From IMG/VR virus record IMGVR_UViG_3300025889_000070: a stretch of DNA of 64,000 nt. One strand, written 5' to 3'. Shown in pieces: positions 60,112-64,000 of the stretch. Every line of letters begins with the position of its first letter. The stretch's first letter is position 1. The position numbers and the translations under genes are program-made. Under the pieces are notes generated by a model. That model made no database searches, had not been told where the DNA came from, and saw nothing but the letters and a program-made list of their open reading frames with translations. The stretch is from a virus (taxonomy: Duplodnaviria; Caudoviricetes).

Positions 60112-61381
60112 CTGGTATATCCTTCCACCATTTGATAAGAGCAGGATCGCGTAACGTGTCTATAAACCTTGTCCCTTTTCTACCTGTATCCAGACTTTCC
60201 ATTCGTTGTTTGGCCCTACATCTGGCCTCGAGATATACTTCCGACGGATATTCTTCTTCAAACGTTTTACGTTTTAGTAGGTTTATTAACACGTCACGCA
60301 TCGCACCTTTTGTATTAGGAACTATACTATTAATTATCTGTTCTAAAATATGACGCGGAAGAAATAATGGACTCATTGCTATATCAGGCGTAAACGCAAA
60401 ACAAACCTTTGCTAATATTTCTACGTCCAGTTCGTCTGCTAATTTAGTAATTTCTGGTACTTGAAATAAGCCTGGCGTGGTTAATGTAAAGTCTATACGC
60501 ATCATGCGTTTGTTTTTAGCATATGCTAAACCTTGTTTAAAATTTTCTAACCACTCATCGTATTTCAATCCAGTTCGTATATACTCTCCTATCTTACCAA
60601 CACCATCCAAACTGGCACATATTTGCCAATCTCTAATTTTATCTAATATATCAGTATACAAGTTTACACCCTGATAATCTACACGACTTAAATTTGTATT
60701 GTATCTAGCATACAAACCAGGACCATCGCCTAGTTCAATAATCCGTTGCATGTACCGCCAATGCTGTTCATACATCAGTGGCTCGCCGCCTACCCAGTAT
60801 ATTTCTTCTATGCGATGTTCTTCAACTGCCCGGGCAAACTCTGCTTCTATTTGTGTGTCTTGATAGTTGCTAATTTGTTTTTTTACACTGGGTTCCATCC
60901 AGGGTTCTATTTTGCCCTGTTTGCGAGCCTCTGTTTCCCAACTGCTGGATAGCATAGGTCCACACATACGACATTTAAAGTTACATAGGTTGCTGAAACG
61001 ATAGTCCCAACTCACAGGTTGCATGGTTGTATAGCCAGTGGCATCGGTGGTTTCTGCTATTTGCTTATATTTGTGTTTGAATAAATGCCAAAAATAATCA
61101 CGATAAACGTCTGTGTTAAGTAACTTCTTGTCGCATACTTCGCACTCAGGTGGCAGTTCTCCGGCCATCATTTGACGGCGCACACGGCGTATATGCTCAC
61201 CATTCCACCACTCATCTAAGGTTTGCGGTTTATACTCATTTGTGCCATCTGCGGTGTCTATATATTGACGAAAGTTCTGTGCTGGCTCTCTACTAGCACA
61301 ACACAGTCTACGCTCTGTCTGTGGACTAAGATAGGTATGTAAAAAAGGTGCAAGGCATAAATTATCAGGCTTATCTTTCAT
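60098..61381 (-). CDS. radical SAM protein with N-terminal twitch/SPASM-like Cys motif
   Basis: CLAPF..RLCC..CEVC; CNFKCRMC; GGEPL; YNTN. Confidence 0.9.
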   Translation of the reverse strand: MKDKPDNLCLAPFLHTYLSPQTERRLCCASREPAQNFRQYIDTADGTNEYKPQTLDEWWNGEHIRRVRRQMMAGELPPECEVCDKKLLNTDVYRDYFWHLFKHKYKQIAETTDATGYTTMQPVSWDYRFSNLCNFKCRMCGPMLSSSWETEARKQGKIEPWMEPSVKKQISNYQDTQIEAEFARAVEEHRIEEIYWVGGEPLMYEQHWRYMQRIIELGDGPGLYARYNTNLSRVDYQGVNLYTDILDKIRDWQICASLDGVGKIGEYIRTGLKYDEWLENFKQGLAYAKNKRMMRIDFTLTTPGLFQVPEITKLADELDVEILAKVCFAFTPDIAMSPLFLPRHILEQIINSIVPNTKGAMRDVLINLLKRKTFEEEYPSEVYLEARCRAKQRMESLDTGRKGTRFIDTLRDPALIKWWKDIPDAVD

Positions 61382-62543
61382 AACCTATTACTCTGGCAAA
61401 TTTTTCATGTGTAGTAGCAAAGTTTTTATCCCTAAAGTCATCTTTTTCTTTTAACCGTTTTTTTAGTTTTTCGCCATCGTTTTCATCACTACGTTGGCTA
61501 ACTATAAACTTAATGCTGCGGATCTTTTCTTCATAATCAGGGTGCTGAACTATACACTTATCTAAAGCCAGCATAACCGGAGCCTTGGCAGTCTTTGGTA
61601 GATTATACAAACTAAACTCTTCCGGATCATGCATTAGATTATAGTGTACGTCAGTGATAGGTTGTTTCTTTACCCAGGTTAAGAAGTCAGCCATGTACAT
61701 AACGTTTTGCACGTTCCAGGTTACACAAATTTGAAACTCAAAAGGATATCCTTGGTCTCGTAGTTCATAAAATTTTTCTATATTACGGTTTACTGTTGCC
61801 CATTTAGCACCATCGCGCTCATATTCAAAACGCTCGCCCACATTGTCTATGCTAAAAGCGATCTGTACACGTTTAAACTTTTTCCATACTTCATGCTGTT
61901 TTGGAAACTGTGTTCCGTTTGTATTGTAGTGTATGTCAATATCACCAGCATAACCACCATCCACTGCTCGCTGTAGCAAATCAAAATGCTGTTTAATCAG
62001 GAATGGTTCGCCACCAGTGAACTCAAAATACTTAATGTCGGGTAATAGTTCATCTACGTGTTCCCAGAATTTTTTACTGCTTCTAGGCCAGCGTCCCTGA
62101 CTTAACCACTGCTTGGCTATGTGCTTTTCGCCAAATTGTGCTAGGTCTTCCTGCGCCCAGGCGCTGCTACTCCAACTGCCACAAATTCTACATTTTAGAT
62201 TACAGATATTGCCTAGTTTTAAGTCTAAAAATCTTAGCGTATCTCCACGGGTGTCTTCGTAGTTTACTTCTATGTCTTTAAACTTTTCCAGCATGTACTG
62301 TCGTTTACTTTTTTTGCCAGCATCTTCTTCTTTAAAACATTTGGCACACTGACCAGGTTGGCGATTTTTCATAAATGCTTCACGCAACTCTGTCATGTAT
62401 TCACCTTGTAAAACTTCTGTTAGGGTGTGTGTTTTTACATTAACAAATGGTATTTCTCTGTCAAATAAACAGCAGGGCCTAAGGTTTCCCAGTGGCGTTG
62501 TCTCTAAACTAATCCATGGTAGTATACATCTATTATCTGTCAT
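61371..62543 (-). CDS. radical SAM protein with N-terminal twitch/SPASM-like Cys motif
   Basis: CILPW..RPCC..CAKC; CNLKCRIC; TGGEPF; YNTNG. Confidence 0.9.
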   Translation of the reverse strand: MTDNRCILPWISLETTPLGNLRPCCLFDREIPFVNVKTHTLTEVLQGEYMTELREAFMKNRQPGQCAKCFKEEDAGKKSKRQYMLEKFKDIEVNYEDTRGDTLRFLDLKLGNICNLKCRICGSWSSSAWAQEDLAQFGEKHIAKQWLSQGRWPRSSKKFWEHVDELLPDIKYFEFTGGEPFLIKQHFDLLQRAVDGGYAGDIDIHYNTNGTQFPKQHEVWKKFKRVQIAFSIDNVGERFEYERDGAKWATVNRNIEKFYELRDQGYPFEFQICVTWNVQNVMYMADFLTWVKKQPITDVHYNLMHDPEEFSLYNLPKTAKAPVMLALDKCIVQHPDYEEKIRSIKFIVSQRSDENDGEKLKKRLKEKDDFRDKNFATTHEKFARVIGYER

Positions 62544-63849
62544 AGTCTTGTAATCTCTCTAATTCAGGGAATACACTAAAGAAATTTTCGTTGCGCCAAC
62601 GATCAAGTTCCTTAGCCCGCACTACAAACTCTGGTATGTGTTTGCTGTTATCTGAATTGCTCATAAAGTTAATAGCACTTTTGAATCCTTGTGTAGCACG
62701 ACTTAGTGGATCCTGTGGTTCCAACCAAGTAATATGATTTTGGTATAGTTCAACAAGTTCCTGTTTCATGTCTTCAGGTAATACATCTAATCTAAATCTA
62801 ATAGGATCTTGTAATATATTTACATTCCAATCCTGTGGCTTTACTAATCCTAGCTCTACCCACTCCTTGTGGAAGTCTACAATGTTGTAACTGTTCATTA
62901 GACTAAGTGTTGAACTTACATAAAAGTCTACAGTAGGACACTTCTCTAGCATACGTTCTCTGTTTGCTACAATCTTACTCCACACCGTGCCTTTACGTAT
63001 GAGCTCACCACGTTCATAGTTTGCGTCCAAACTTGCACCAATGCTTACAATGTCAAACTCATTCCACATGTCCAACACATCCTGCTGTTTGAATACTAGC
63101 TCTGTAAAGTTTGTATTGTAGTTCAGTCTAACGTCTGTGCGTCCTCTGCGTAGTAGCTCACGAAGTAAATTGTAATGCTCTACCATCATAAGTGGTTCAC
63201 CGCCCGCAAAGTAAATGTTTTCTATACTGTCAATGTGAGGCTCTAACTGTTCCCACATGTCCATTTCATAACGTCCTGCATACTGTACATTTGGATGGTT
63301 AGGTTTTAGCCAACTCATCTTCTTTGCTTCTTTTACCCAGTTACTACTAAAGATATCTCCGCATGTACGGCACGCAAGGTTACATAAATTACTAAAGCGA
63401 ATATCATAGTACTTGAGTTCAAAACGTTCTAGTGTACCATCTTCCAGTGTCTCATCTACAATACCAATGTGATGTCCTTCGTTTTTGTTCTGTGCATTGC
63501 GCATACTGAAGAACCCGTTCTTTTCCTGTTCATAACATTTTGTGCATTCTTTACAAGGCTTGTCTGCTAGCATGTTACGACGCATTTCACGCAAGGATTC
63601 GTCATTCCATACTTCAGCCATTGTTTGTTCACGTAGGTTACCAATAGGATGTTCCATAACACTTAAACAACAAGGATAAGCACGGCCGTCTGGAAATGCA
63701 TGCATGTGTATCCAGGGCAAAATACAAAATGTATCGCTATATATTAATCTATTGGTTTGCTGATCGTTTAAGTCCTGCAAATTTACGTAAACAGGATTAC
63801 GTGCACCATAGTCATAATTTTCATAATAATTTTTTAATTTGTCTGTCAT
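62533..63849 (-). CDS. radical SAM protein with N-terminal twitch/SPASM-like Cys motif
   Basis: CILPW..YPCC..CTKC; CNLACRTC; AGGEPL; YNTN. Confidence 0.9.
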   Translation of the reverse strand: MTDKLKNYYENYDYGARNPVYVNLQDLNDQQTNRLIYSDTFCILPWIHMHAFPDGRAYPCCLSVMEHPIGNLREQTMAEVWNDESLREMRRNMLADKPCKECTKCYEQEKNGFFSMRNAQNKNEGHHIGIVDETLEDGTLERFELKYYDIRFSNLCNLACRTCGDIFSSNWVKEAKKMSWLKPNHPNVQYAGRYEMDMWEQLEPHIDSIENIYFAGGEPLMMVEHYNLLRELLRRGRTDVRLNYNTNFTELVFKQQDVLDMWNEFDIVSIGASLDANYERGELIRKGTVWSKIVANRERMLEKCPTVDFYVSSTLSLMNSYNIVDFHKEWVELGLVKPQDWNVNILQDPIRFRLDVLPEDMKQELVELYQNHITWLEPQDPLSRATQGFKSAINFMSNSDNSKHIPEFVVRAKELDRWRNENFFSVFPELERLQDYDR

Positions 63850-64000
63850 AGGCTGTTATACCATTCAACTAATTCTGGGAAGGTTTCTGTAAAGTTTTTA
63901 TTCCTACGCACATCATATTGACTATAAAACTGTTTAAAGTCATTGTGCAGTTTTGGCATTTCAAACGCTTCGTCGTGCGGTGTGTTAACAACTTTCAAAT
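63846..64000 (-). CDS. C-terminal fragment of a probable fourth radical SAM protein (start outside the window)
   Basis: ...FYSQYDVRRNKNFTETFPELVEWYNSL* matches the D.RR..NF...FPEL ending of the 62533 paralog; ATGA overlap. Confidence 0.6.
   Translation of the reverse strand, partial: LKVVNTPHDEAFEMPKLHNDFKQFYSQYDVRRNKNFTETFPELVEWYNSL

Noticed and set aside
1-64000. Stop-codon reassignment, as in some large phages
   Set aside because: Conserved genes (PolB, ThyX, FolE, QueE) are full-length in code 11, and TAA, TAG and TGA all end genes at tight junctions.
1-64000. tRNA, rRNA, integrase, transposase, reverse transcriptase/DGR
   Set aside because: No T-loop or cloverleaf signatures and no catalytic motifs noticed by eye; tRNAscan-SE was not run.

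Overview
This window is a densely coded segment of a large, T4-like tailed dsDNA phage genome. It is AT-rich overall, reads in standard code 11, and most likely infects a Gram-negative host. It lies on the + strand to about 54.8 kb and almost entirely on the - strand after that. Order of content: (1) ClpA-like and ClpP protease genes; (2) late-promoter glycosyltransferase-like genes; (3) a block of putative capsid-internal proteins, including a 1526-aa multi-enzyme ORF that looks like a protease-processed polyprotein; (4) an ExbB/ExbD-like membrane module; (5) replication genes (dsDNA-binding protein, PolB, sliding clamp); (6) radical SAM enzymes; (7) a 7-deazaguanine DNA-modification pathway (FolE, QueD, QueE, DpdL-like, DpdA-like; no QueC in the window) interleaved with nucleotide-sugar enzymes and a glycosyltransferase; (8) a lipoprotein subtilisin autotransporter; (9) RNase H-like exonuclease; (10) a GC-richer island of strong sigma70-type promoters with MoxR AAA, DGQH/HNH, micro-ORFs and a vWA metallopeptidase; (11) dCMP deaminase and ThyX; (12) a carbamoyltransferase with a tandem radical SAM array. 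I found no tRNA, rRNA, CRISPR array, integrase or transposase. All calls come from motif recognition by eye; no database searches were run. The strongest candidates for undescribed biology are the effector polyprotein and its capsid-targeted neighbours, a possibly glycosylated 7-deazaguanine modification, a riboswitch-like leader upstream of queD, and the radical SAM-carbamoyltransferase-peptide cluster.
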